Source of the DNA: Corallochytrium limacisporum Hawaii | Taxonomy: Eukaryota; Protista; Pluriformea | Direction: 5' to 3' | Assembly (NCBI GenBank): GCA_002811645.1 | Contig: PDIP01000026.1 | Location: 196,367-260,366, forward strand | DNA: 64,000 nt | Shown here: positions 53,511 to 64,000 of the stretch, in pieces | How positions within the stretch are numbered: position 1 is the first letter of the stretch | How the letters are laid out: each line of letters opens with the position of its first letter | Translations under genes and position numbers: made by a program | The notes under the pieces: generated by a model | Database searches by the model: none | Told to the model about the DNA's origin: nothing | Seen by the model: the letters and a program-made list of their open reading frames with translations, nothing else

Positions 53511-54755
53511 TCAACCAAGGATCTTCTGCAGTCCGGAGATCGCGGTGTCCACCTCGGCCAAAGTGTTGTAGTGGAGCATGGAGATGCGCACGATGCCATC
53601 ATCTGGATCCGGCAGATTGATGGCTTCCAGCAGACGACGACCATAGAAATGGCCACTGGAGCATCCGATGCCCTCCTTTGCCAACTCCTCGTAGACCTGC
53701 TTGGCGGTCTTCGAGGTGTCCTTGAGCCTGATGCCGAAGGTACATACTCGACTCTTGCGGTCACTAGCATCTGTTCCCAGCAGGGACAGGTTTGGATGAC
53801 CGTTCACGAAAGGCACGAACTTCTTGCACAGCGCCTCCTCGTACTCCTCAATGATATCGTAAATGGTGCGGCCTTTGGCAGTCATCTGCCAGGCCACGCC
53901 GTGGTGGTCGGCGAGTGCCTTAAAGTACTGAACTACACCACTGAGGCAGGCTACCATGTCGTGCTGTGGTCCGGCAGGGTTGAGCTTGTACAGAGTGTTG
54001 GTTTCGGGGAAGAAGTAATGTGACTGGTTTGGGGCCTTGACCAGGTTCTCCTTCTTGCCGTACAGGCAAGCCATGTGGGGCCCCATGATCTTGTAGAAGG
54101 AGAAACTGTAGAAGTCACAGTCCCATTCCCTGAGCTGTAACTTGCGGTGCGGTGCTCCTGCCACACCATCGACGAAGGTCACAGCACCGACTTCATGAGC
54201 CAATCGTGAGATCTCCTTAATGTCATTCAGTTCACCAGTCAGATTGGAGGCGTGCGGGAAGGCCACAATCTTGGTGTTCTTATTGAGGAGGCTCTTGAGC
54301 TTGTCGATGGAGATGGTGCCCTTGGCATCCACGGGCCAGTCCACGATCTTCACGCCAGGCACCTCTTTCTCCAAACGGCGCCATGCTCCCGAATTGGCCT
54401 CATGGTTGTTCAGGGCTACAATGATCTCGTCGCCCTCCTTGAGCAGGGCTCCGTAGGCACGGGACATGGTGTACGTAGCGATGCTGGTGGATGGCACTAT
54501 GACTAATTCCTCCACATCAACCCCGACCCATTCAGCAACATCGTCACGGCCACCCTGCATCAGGGCCCCGGCTCTGGCACTACCTGGGTAAGCATAGCCG
54601 GGCTGCACCATGGTACCTCCGGACATGTAGTCGACGATGCTGTCAATGACAGTCTGCGGAACATAGGACCCTCCGGCATTTTCCATAAAGGCGTAACCGC
54701 CAGACCAACACTTGGGCGGGAACTGATCCCGTGAAAATTGAACATCAAATGTCAT
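53511..54755 (-). CDS. Class-V aminotransferase / cysteine desulfurase-like PLP enzyme (VC1184-like subfamily)
   Basis: AFMENAGGSY, HEANSGAW, FPHASNLTG, VDGVAGAPH, FSFYKIMGPH (PLP lysine), GHFY, VRISMLHYNT; 414 aa; no targeting peptide. Confidence 0.92.
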   Translation of the reverse strand: MTFDVQFSRDQFPPKCWSGGYAFMENAGGSYVPQTVIDSIVDYMSGGTMVQPGYAYPGSARAGALMQGGRDDVAEWVGVDVEELVIVPSTSIATYTMSRAYGALLKEGDEIIVALNNHEANSGAWRRLEKEVPGVKIVDWPVDAKGTISIDKLKSLLNKNTKIVAFPHASNLTGELNDIKEISRLAHEVGAVTFVDGVAGAPHRKLQLREWDCDFYSFSFYKIMGPHMACLYGKKENLVKAPNQSHYFFPETNTLYKLNPAGPQHDMVACLSGVVQYFKALADHHGVAWQMTAKGRTIYDIIEEYEEALCKKFVPFVNGHPNLSLLGTDASDRKSRVCTFGIRLKDTSKTAKQVYEELAKEGIGCSSGHFYGRRLLEAINLPDPDDGIVRISMLHYNTLAEVDTAISGLQKILG

Positions 54756-56380
54756 CCTTTCCCCTTCGCCTAGTTTGACAGGAGATCAACATTTTGTTTG
54801 AGACACACTTCAGATTCGGCTTGCTGCAGTCTGAAATACCTCAATCACGACTGCTAGGAGGAGGAGGTACCGCACAATTTTGCTTCTCTTCGATGCCGCA
54901 GTGATAGCAATCGCACCCTCATGCGTGGCTCAAGAGACTCATTGTGCCACCGCAACCATGCGTCCGTACCCGAAAACCTAGCACAAAGCGAAAACATTCA
55001 AACCCTTTACACACTCCGCGACGACATGAGATATTAACTGTGCAGAGCATAAAGAGACGGATCAACACGGAGATTCCACTCGACCCCACATCCGGATAAA
55101 CCGGTTACACTGTCGCCACCACCAAGCTTTGCGCACGTTACAGCTGCTGACACCTCATACCCGCGGGGCACCGGGACATGGAGAGATTGCTCGTTCCCCG
55201 TGGCCCAAAAAACCGCCACTCCTCGCACCCAAACGGGACAAAACCCAACCCGACGGTGGCCCCTCCAGCATACCATTCCCCAGTCACTACGTTCCCCCCT
55301 TGAAACTCTTCGACTTCCCGTCCCGCCTCCCAAAAACGCCTCAGACCCACCTCCCCCCGCCCCTTTTCATTTTTTGCCTCACCTCCCCCCCGGGGGGGGG
55401 GCCCTCCCCCTCGCTAATTTCGCACGACCCGGCAAAAGGTGCAAAGGAACGATTTGTTTTTTCTTTTTTACTTTTTTTTTAATCTCTTGTTTTCTTCGTT
55501 ATTTTTTTAATGGCTTTTCTTTTTTTTTTTTTGGTCCAGGAACGCCTCGCACTTTAGGGGAAGTTTCATTTTTCTGTTTTAAATTTCATTTTTTTTATCT
55601 CTTGGGGTTTCACGGCAGGGAGGATTGGTGGTGGGGGTACTGAATTACTCACTACTTGTCCGGAAAACCCTCCTGGGCTCGTCTCCACTCCCACCTCTCC
55701 CCCACCCGTCCCAAGATATGAAAACCACACTCAGCGTGTGGGCCCAGCGGGTGTAGTCACCTCACACACAACAAAAAAAAAGGAAACACACCCACCCAAA
55801 ACAAAACACACATCAACAAACGGGGGCCTAATTTATTCACCCAATAAAAAAGTAAAAATGGACCAAAAAAATAAACACCATAGAGAAAAGGTCTTTCGCA
55901 AAGCCCCCCCCCCCCAGCTCTTTCCCCCGGGGTCCCCTTGGATACACGCCCGGTCAGTATGTACGTCCAGAGAGGTGGTGTTGAAAATACCCGTATTCTG
56001 GCAAGGGCAAGGGTAAGGGAGGGAGGGAAGGGGGGGGGTGTGGGGACGGCCTTCGCGGGGTGCGCGCAGTTGGGTACCAACGTAGTCAGGAAAGGTACTC
56101 AGGACACTTGGGTCTGGGGTTGAGTGAATCACAGGGGAGATCCCGAAGGAAAGGATTTGGTGGGGAGGGGTCCCCGTTAGAAATCACTCTGCGCAGTCCC
56201 CCCCGGGGGTTGGTTGGTTGGGTGGTTCACGAAGTGTTGCGCGGTGTTTGAATTGTTTTTTTTTGGGTGGGCTATGGGGCAAGTTCATTATTTGTTTATG
56301 TAGATGTGGGTGCTTTAGATTTTATGGGAACAGTGCGATGGAAATGTGTCTTTCTGATGGGGGATCTGGATGATCCTTCT

Positions 56381-58093
56381 TTACGGGGCAGCTGGACGGT
56401 CTTGTGCATGGTCCGAGTACACCTGGGTCCGCGCCTCCGGGTGAGCCGGGCTGGTTTCGCGCTGATGGTTGCTGATCTGAAGATATCCGCCGGAGCGGCC
56501 ATGAAGCGGTGCTGTGCTGGGCGTTACGGAGTAGTACCGGGTTTCCTCGGTCTCATTGTTATTGCCGCTCGCGGTCATGGCCGCGGCGTCGGCATAACCG
56601 TAGGTGCTGTCAGTCTGTTCGTAGATGGGCTCGCTGGTGGGTGACATTGCGACCGGAGCAGGCACGTCTGGCAGTTCACGCTGGGCCATCACAGAAGTGT
56701 GACTGCTGTCATTTGGCAGGTCAGAGATCTCGCTCGTCGTGCCTCGGGTTTGCAGCACCGGCGAAGCGCCACCTGAAGAGGAGCTGTTGCCGGTGGATAC
56801 TAGTACGCTGTCACCTCTTGCGCCAGCCGCAGCCGCGCCACCAGCGGCTGTGCCAGCGCTCGTTGTACCAAGCATTCCCTTCGGGTTGGCATAGCCATCT
56901 GTGTCACTGTCCACTATGGGCAACTCACTAGTGGCATTGTTGCGTGCCTTGCGACGGCGATGGTACACAAAGCCTCCCGTTAGAAGGGCCAGTGCAGCCA
57001 CACCGGCAACAATACCCGCAATCATTCCTACATTTGTGCTGCTGCCGCTGTTATCCGGCTGTCCGTTGCCCCCTGTACCGCCGCCTCCGCACGAGGACGT
57101 CACTTCACACTCTTCGCTCTGTTTGGTGGAGGGGCAAGTGCTCGCATCGCCTGAAGTCAGTGTGCGTGTGCGAGTATGCGTTCCAATGCTGTCACATCCA
57201 CCACTGCCTGTGCACGTCGACCACCCACTCCATTCAGAAAATGTACAGTTGGCGCACGGAGAAGTGTTGCAGGTCTGGGATTCGACCCTGGTGGGGCACT
57301 CCTCGCCACCGGTCTTGGGCTCCTGAACGATGGAACGGGTTCGAGTCTGCGTGCCACCCGCACACTCAGCACTGCAGTCACTCCATTCACTCCAGTTGCC
57401 CATTTCACAGTTTGTTGCCACCTCTGGCACCCATTCCCACTCCAGGTAGGTCAGTTCGGTATTCTTACCAACTGTGATCTCTTTACCATCATACTGAAGG
57501 TAGTAATCATTGTTACGTGTCGTCCCCGGAAAGGCTGATGAATAGAGAAACAAATAGTCGTAGTAACTCTGACCATAGGTCCAAGTGGCATAGTCACCTG
57601 TGCAGTCTGAGGTAAAGGATAGAGTAGTGTTGTCTGTCTGGTCCAACGTCAAGCAATACCGATCGACATTATCGTAGAGTGTCTTTGTGCCGACCGGGTA
57701 AAGAAAGAGGACGGCATCACTACCTGAGCAAGGTCCCATGTATGCCATGTTATTTTTGTCCCGAGAAATGCAATAACCATTGCTCGTATGCTTGATATAT
57801 GTGGTGAAATCTGCACCTGTCTGAGAAGAACTCCAATACACACATGTGCCGTTGATGGAGTTGGGGACACTGGTGCTATAAGTATTGTCACACTTCAGAT
57901 TCTGCTCGCATATGGCCACGTCTGCATTACAGTACGAGTCCAGAGTCTGGTAGTCCACGCAGGTGCCCGGAGCGCCATAGATGGGACAGAACTGGCCGTC
58001 ACCACAGTCTGCTTGAGAGTAGCAGTCTGTTCCCAATGCAGCACCTGCCAGGGTGGCCACCACTGCTACTGCGATCACTGGAATAGGCGTCAT
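56381..58093 (-). CDS. Single-pass type I membrane protein: signal peptide, Cys-rich domain, ricin-B-like region, two TSP1 repeats, Tyr-motif tail
   Basis: Hydrophobic N-terminus; WSEWSDCSAECAGGTQTRTR and FSEWSGWSTC..GTHTRTR; TM segment GMIAGIVAGVAALALLTGGFVY followed by HRRRKAR stop-transfer. Confidence 0.9.
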   Translation of the reverse strand: MTPIPVIAVAVVATLAGAALGTDCYSQADCGDGQFCPIYGAPGTCVDYQTLDSYCNADVAICEQNLKCDNTYSTSVPNSINGTCVYWSSSQTGADFTTYIKHTSNGYCISRDKNNMAYMGPCSGSDAVLFLYPVGTKTLYDNVDRYCLTLDQTDNTTLSFTSDCTGDYATWTYGQSYYDYLFLYSSAFPGTTRNNDYYLQYDGKEITVGKNTELTYLEWEWVPEVATNCEMGNWSEWSDCSAECAGGTQTRTRSIVQEPKTGGEECPTRVESQTCNTSPCANCTFSEWSGWSTCTGSGGCDSIGTHTRTRTLTSGDASTCPSTKQSEECEVTSSCGGGGTGGNGQPDNSGSSTNVGMIAGIVAGVAALALLTGGFVYHRRRKARNNATSELPIVDSDTDGYANPKGMLGTTSAGTAAGGAAAAGARGDSVLVSTGNSSSSGGASPVLQTRGTTSEISDLPNDSSHTSVMAQRELPDVPAPVAMSPTSEPIYEQTDSTYGYADAAAMTASGNNNETEETRYYSVTPSTAPLHGRSGGYLQISNHQRETSPAHPEARTQVYSDHAQDRPAAP

Positions 58094-58969
58094 TTATCCT
58101 ATGTATTGACTGCTTGCGATACGATTACTCTAATTCAGTTCATAAATTATTCTTAATTGGTGATGATCGTGGTTGCTCGCTTCCGTATTAGTACGGCAGA
58201 TCTAATGACGGTACAATAAGCATCTCCAGGACCCTTGAGTACCTTTGGATCAGAGATGCTGAATGCATCGGGTATGCGCGGCAATACTTTGACATTCTGT
58301 CTGTGTGAATCCGTATGAAACCAAAAAAACAGCTGCAGTTCCGCTACGTGGGTACCTCGAAACTGTGAACCTATCGTTTGCAACAAGAGCACAGTTCCCC
58401 CTTTCCCCCTTCCCCCTTCCCCTTCCCCTCCACGCCGCGCAATGGAGCGCTGAGCAGCACCTACCCTACTCCTCCAGTGTACCCCTCGGGTAACCATTCA
58501 CTCCAGTTTTTGGTACCCAGTGAACCTCTACCAAATACACTACCGGCCGAGCCGCTCGCGTTATTTTGTATGCGCCGGGGTTGGCCTCCCCCTCTCCTTC
58601 GGCCTCGGGATCTCTGCTCCTGCGCGCAGAGAACAGAGCGAACCCGGGCGGGTTGGGGGTTTTTGTTTTTTTGGCTTTTCTTTCTTGGAGAATTTATAAA
58701 ATAAAAGGAGAAAATGGCAGAGAGAGATGGAGAGAGAGTTTGCAATTGCGTTGCGTTGGGTGTTAGGCCAGCCTTTTTCTACTCTTTTGCTTCCTTCTCG
58801 GTCCATATCTGGACACCCAGCCAGCCAAAGAGAACCAAGAAAAAGCACAGATGGGGATTTGAGAACTGATTCTGTCATTCATTTACTATACGAAAAAAGC
58901 CCTTCTCCAGTTTTCCAGATTCCTTTTTTTTTTGTATTTTGTCTAATGATTTTTCCTTGTGGCCGGCCA

Positions 58970-59180
58970 TTCCCCTCGTCCTCCCCCCCCCCCGGGGGGG
59001 GAGGAGGACNNNNNNNNNNNNNNNNNNNNNNNNNNNNNNNNNNNNNNNNNNNNNNNNNNNNNNNNNNNNNNNNNNNNNNNNNNNNNNNNNNNNNNNNNNN
59101 NNNNNNNNNNNNNNNNNNNNNNNNNNNNNNNNNNNNNNNNNNNNCCCCCCCCCCCCCGGGGGGGGAGGAGGACGAGGGAA
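58970..59180. repeat. GC-rich inverted repeat duplicated across gap 59010-59144
   Basis: ttcccctcgtcct(c)n(g)naggaggac left of the gap and (c)n(g)naggaggacgagggaa right of it. Confidence 0.8.
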
Positions 59181-62100
59181 GGGGGGGGGGGTAAAATCAT
59201 CACAAACGACAAAAGAATCGAACTGGGTAAGGATGACACTGGGGGCAGAGTATGAAAGAAGAACTCATGTGCTTATGCAACAAGCAAAGAAAACCCTCCC
59301 CACCCCACACACACACACCACCTTCCCCTCCCTCCCCCCCTTCTCCTTTATTTCCTGCACCTGTGTCCACCCCCGTATTCATTATTCAGTATTGAATGTA
59401 TTAAAATATACCGGTGCCCTGTCAATGGCACGATTAGATGTTGGTTGCGTCTTGGGGTGATGCGATGGGGTCTCTGTCGCCATTATCAAAATATATGGAA
59501 AACGGGGAAGGAGGGGTTGGGGTTGGGGTTGGGCGCATTCTTTAACAATCAAAAAAAATAAATAAAAAAACAGGAGCAACAGCAAACTCTCTCTCGCTCT
59601 CTGGTTCGCCCCGTTTGCCTCCCCCCCCCCCCCGGGGGGCCGATGGGGTTGTGGTCGGTGCGGAGCCTTCCCAACAAGATCTATACGTGTAGGTAACGAT
59701 TTCAGAATTAACATTCCTTGCCGTCAGTGTATTCTCTTTTTTCTTTCTTTCTCTCTGTCTGTTCTCTCTCCCTTTATATCAGCAGCGCACTGGTCAAGCT
59801 CTTCCCCCGGCCTCCCCGGGGAGCGGTGGTGGCCACTGTCCTGCTTTACGCACCCTTCTCCAGGCCGAAGGGAAAACACCAAAGAAAGAACCCGGGAAGA
59901 AGGGGGGGGAGAGGGGAAGAGCCATTCCTCAACAATGGCAAGCGAAAGAAATAAAAAAGAAGAAAAAGGAAAAGAGACAAGCACGAAGAGCCACAATGAA
60001 AAGCGAAAGCCAATGCCGCTCCTTTGCACACGCGACAGAACGCAAAGCATCTCCCCCGGTACGCGCCCACCACAGAGAGGAGGAACCAATGGGTAGGGCG
60101 TATCATATCATCGCGTTCACATACGGTAAGAACCGTTGTTTTTCTTTCTCTGTCGCACATGCTGGGGATTCGCAATGGGCACGGGCACATGGAGCCACAA
60201 GGATCTTTAGTGCCCACCGTGGATGCGGGGCAGAGGCGCCAGCCAGCGGGGGTGGATGGTGGTGGTGGAAGCAGCTACTGCCTTACTGGGCAACGAACGC
60301 TCTACTTTCGTGCCCTCCCACTTTTTTTGCCTCTCCTACTGTCCTTACATTTACTATGAAATTCAAACACCGGCGACAGCAAATGCAGGAAAGGGGGGGG
60401 GGGAGGAGGAAAAGAGACCCCCTAGGCAGGGGAGGGGTGCTTCCGCCTATGTTTTCTATGTTTTGTTGATTTCGGCGCGGTTGTTCAACAGAGAAAAAGA
60501 AAAAGGCCCCCGGGGACTACCCTACCCCTACGCTTCCCCTCTCCCCCAACGCAGCACGCACACGGGGCAAACACCACGACCACTTTTCATTTCACCCGCT
60601 GCCACTAAGTATTTCCGGGTGAAGGAAGAGAGGGGTTACGAGGGAGAGAGATTTCTCGGTTTATTCGATTTACTGTCTTTGTTTTTTTTTTACTCTAATT
60701 TTTCGGTGCGCGGGCTGTTGAAATAGAAACGAAATAACGCAGGAAGGTTGGGTTGCTCCAAAAAAAACTCCCTTATAGCCCAAAAGGCTTAAGTACCCAG
60801 TCTGGGTGTAGCGCAACAGGAAAAACGGTGTAGGGGGTTAAATAGAAAAGAATACTTTTGTCCCGTCTCTATTAAACGTACTGTCAGGTGGATCGCGGTT
60901 TTTCTTTCTATTTCTCTGCTATTTTGGGTCTACTAAGACTTTTTCGTTTACGCGGAAGTTTCCACGAAAACTAACGCGTACACACCCGCACTCACCAGGG
61001 TCTACCGCGAGAGGGAGAGCCAGGGAGTGGGGGGGGGGGAGGAGGGGAGAGGGAGGGAGAAGAGGAGCACAGAGCGAGAGAATGGAACGAAGACAGGTGC
61101 CAGCTGAATTTTGGCTGTAACTCACTACCCACTGTGGCACACAATAGCCCAGAACATAGTGAACGTGCTGCTGGTTGGTAGAAATTTGGACCGCTTGTTA
61201 TTTTTTTGATTTGGCAGACAAAGCAAAAAACAAAAAATGAAATTACACGGGACACCGAAAGGGGTTTGTTCAGTATTACTTGGCTGGACTACTAAGTGGT
61301 GTCACCAAAAAAGGCAGGGATTACCAGCGCGCACAAGACGCGTCCCCCGCCCCGGGGACGAGCCCGGGGGTAGCCCCCCCCCCCTTGTGTTTTTTTTTTT
61401 GGGTTCCTGGTTTTCGTTTTTTGTAGGATCTTTCATAGTTTTATTATGTAAATGTCCATCGCATCCAGGACAAGCGCCAAGTTTCTCTCTCTGTCTGCGG
61501 TGGAAGAGATTTTTTTCCCCTTGGGTCTGCATTGGTAGAAAAACCAAAAAGCGGGACCCGCGCCGTGTGCTTCCCCGGCAGCCGTTCTGGACCGCACTTG
61601 CCTGCACCGACCAAAAAGCAAATGCTTCTCCGTGTTGTTCATGTGTGCATTCGCCACAAAACAACTGCGGCCGTGTCGCAAGAACTGAACTGTACGCGCA
61701 TCATAAGCTTAGAAATATTTTTGAACTATACAATGCTGCAGAACATGGTAAGAGAATGGACATGCCTTGATGGATGATGCTAGTCACACGTGTGGATCCC
61801 GGGGTTTGAGGGTCGGAGGGTAAGGTTTGGGTAGGTAGCTGGTGCTCAGTTCCCTCTTTTGCTCCATTCCACAGACGATTTTGCCAAAAGGAAAATATAA
61901 ACCTCGAGTCCAGCAAAACCGGACCCGCAAGGACGGTTCCATGCTACCTTCCTCCTGCCAGTACTAGGCAGTAAGTCAGCAAAGCGTAGGGAGCAAAAAA
62001 AAATTCCTGAGAGTGGGCACGCAATGATACTTGCGTTGTGGTGGAATATGCGTCGCGACGCTGCGAGTCCGTAGAGACGGCATCTGCGGGTGTGTTACTT

Positions 62101-64000
62101 CCAAGGTCTGAGTTGGAGAAGCAATTGGTTAGGAAGTAAAGGTGTGCCACACATGACCATCAACATAGAGAGAGACAGATGTGTGTGTGTGTGTGTGTAA
62201 CCGAAGTAGCCAGCTCAGCAAACTACATATTGAACGAAACGGAATGATGGTGACGATCATGGGCTGGTACATCTTTGCCGTAGCCCATGGCGTTTTGACA
62301 GTGAGGGATGTGTCCTGCCCTGCCGTTCCTTGCCAGAAGACCCACCGGACAGTAAAGTACACCGTGCCTTGCTACCGTCAATGACATGCTGGAACCTGCT
62401 CTATTCTTCTTCTTCTTGGGTGTAAGGTGGTTATCTGACCGCAGTGTTGCATGTCTGAGGAGAGGAGTGAGGTGCTCACTGCGGGTGTGATATCAACGCC
62501 TTCCGGAAGCAGAGATCTTCCAACATCTACGAAAATGATCACAGCGCGCCCGTAAGTTTTTCTCTTCCCTGTGGCTACTAACAGCGAATTTTGATACGCA
62601 GATAATGAAGTCCTGTGGAATGCTTGTGCTCTTCTAACTTTTGCTTGTAGCAGCAGCCATTTACTTCTCCATTTCCTAAGAACATGACGGGTTGATATTG
62701 CTGGTTCCTCTGTGTAAATTGATGTCACTCTGCAGCAGATTTTTTTTTTCCTTTCCTGCTCTTTGGTAGAGTTTTCAGTAAAAACGTGGCGGGAGACGAG
62801 GCGAGGGATTATCCTCTTTACGAGGGCGGGGGGACGGGGGGGATCGAATGGAGTGGATGTGGGCCAATATTCGATCTGGCCGGTTTCGGCTGATAACTAT
62901 GACCGGCACAACCACTTCTCGTGTTCATAGTAATTACAGATAGCAGCAGTGGCCACTGGGGGACACAGCAGGTTTTGAAACTTCTTCCTACTTTTTGCTG
63001 TCAAGGAGGGGCTTTGAGTCGACAGCACAGGCAGAGAGTTTGCCGCTCAAAACCCAATGAATCCCGGTAATTACGCGAAATAGATGCCGTGCACGCGATT
63101 ATGCTCTTAGAGACGGCGGGCCGGGGTTCCTAGTAGTATCTCCTCCATCATTTCGCGTTCCTACTGTAGGGGCCCGTACCTCATGGGACTGCATCGACCG
63201 ACCTGCAGGCGCCGGGGGTGTTGTTTGGTCCTGGACATCTTCGTCAGTCCGTCAGCCTCCTTGATCTTTATAACAGTGTGAGGTCCTGGAAGCTAGTGCC
63301 TCCTTGTAGACTGTTATTCCTACAACCCCCGCACGGACCTGCAGAAGTTGTCATCCGCCATCGCACCAGTATTCGCCTTGAACGGTCAAAGTAAAGTCAC
63401 TTTATGGATACTTTACGTACTCACGTGTACCTGAACATGGAATGTCATCTGCAGTTGTGTTTGTCTTATATTCCTAAACCCATCCAAGAGCAGAGACAAG
63501 GACACCACACAGTAGTGTCATGGTACATGCCCATTTCTAATAGACCCGGGCGGCGGGTGCCGCCTTTCCAAGTTGGTTTCGCGCACCCCGGAGCCTGCAA
63601 CCCGACTAGATGCGCACGGCGCTGTTGACATTGCGCAAGTAGCCCAGTCACTCTTGCAAACCACGCTCGTACTGCTGTTGCCCATCATTGATCCCGTCTT
63701 TCCGACAAAGTACAGGCCACATGGTTGGTATAGATCCATCCGAAGACTCAATGGGTTCATGAGAGAATAGGAGGTGATGCATCAGGGATGTGCCATTGAC
63801 CACCGTAGGACGTACTACTTGGGCGTGGCCATATTGAGATTGTTGTAATCGGTACAGATTCTGCAGATGTGAACATATCTTGACATGCACATGCTGGAAC
63901 TGCCAAGGTCTCTATTTTAGGTAATGGGAGTACCGTGGAAAAGCGTTTTAGGATGCCGTCCTATCCTACGGTCACCAAGGTGTACAAGTTCTTCTGATTG

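Noticed and set aside
63400-64000. Coding-like fragments near the right edge
   Set aside because: Stops in all frames examined and no recognisable family motif.
1-64000. tRNA, rRNA, snRNA, CRISPR arrays, transposase or reverse transcriptase genes
   Set aside because: No signature found by eye. GTTCGA hits that I checked lie within CDSs, and there is no repeat-spacer array.

Overview
Eukaryotic genomic DNA with five N-gaps. It holds 20 recognisable protein-coding genes. The long genes read as single uninterrupted ORFs, and candidate introns occur only at 5' ends. Genes are packed in tight blocks separated by gene-free tracts rich in homopolymers, (CA)n/(GA)n and C-run/G-run palindromes. Gene order: RanBP2/Nup358-like (runs off the left edge, absent from the ORF track), SPTLC1, NUP107, CEP152/Asterless-like, TIMMDC1-like, a PDZ protein with acidic repeats, PCYT1, AP-1/2 beta, SH3BGR-like, MRM2/FtsJ, BLOC1S1, PACS, HELQ, RACGAP1-like, PINCH, PIERCE1-like, CFAP20DC, CPSF1, a bacterial-type class-V PLP enzyme, and a TSP1/lectin single-pass receptor. 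An animal-like gene set in an almost intronless genome suggests a unicellular holozoan such as Corallochytrium; this is inference, not verified. Main leads: (1) a full-architecture Nup358 with a SUMO-E3 IR motif; (2) BLOC1S1 and PACS only 13 nt apart, a possible bicistronic unit; (3) centriole and motile-axoneme genes; (4) a Tyr-motif TSP1 receptor; (5) a probable bacterial gene transfer; (6) a dispersed GGGGGCCTAATTT motif and CnGn hairpins in non-coding tracts. All family assignments come from motif recognition by eye; no database searches were run.
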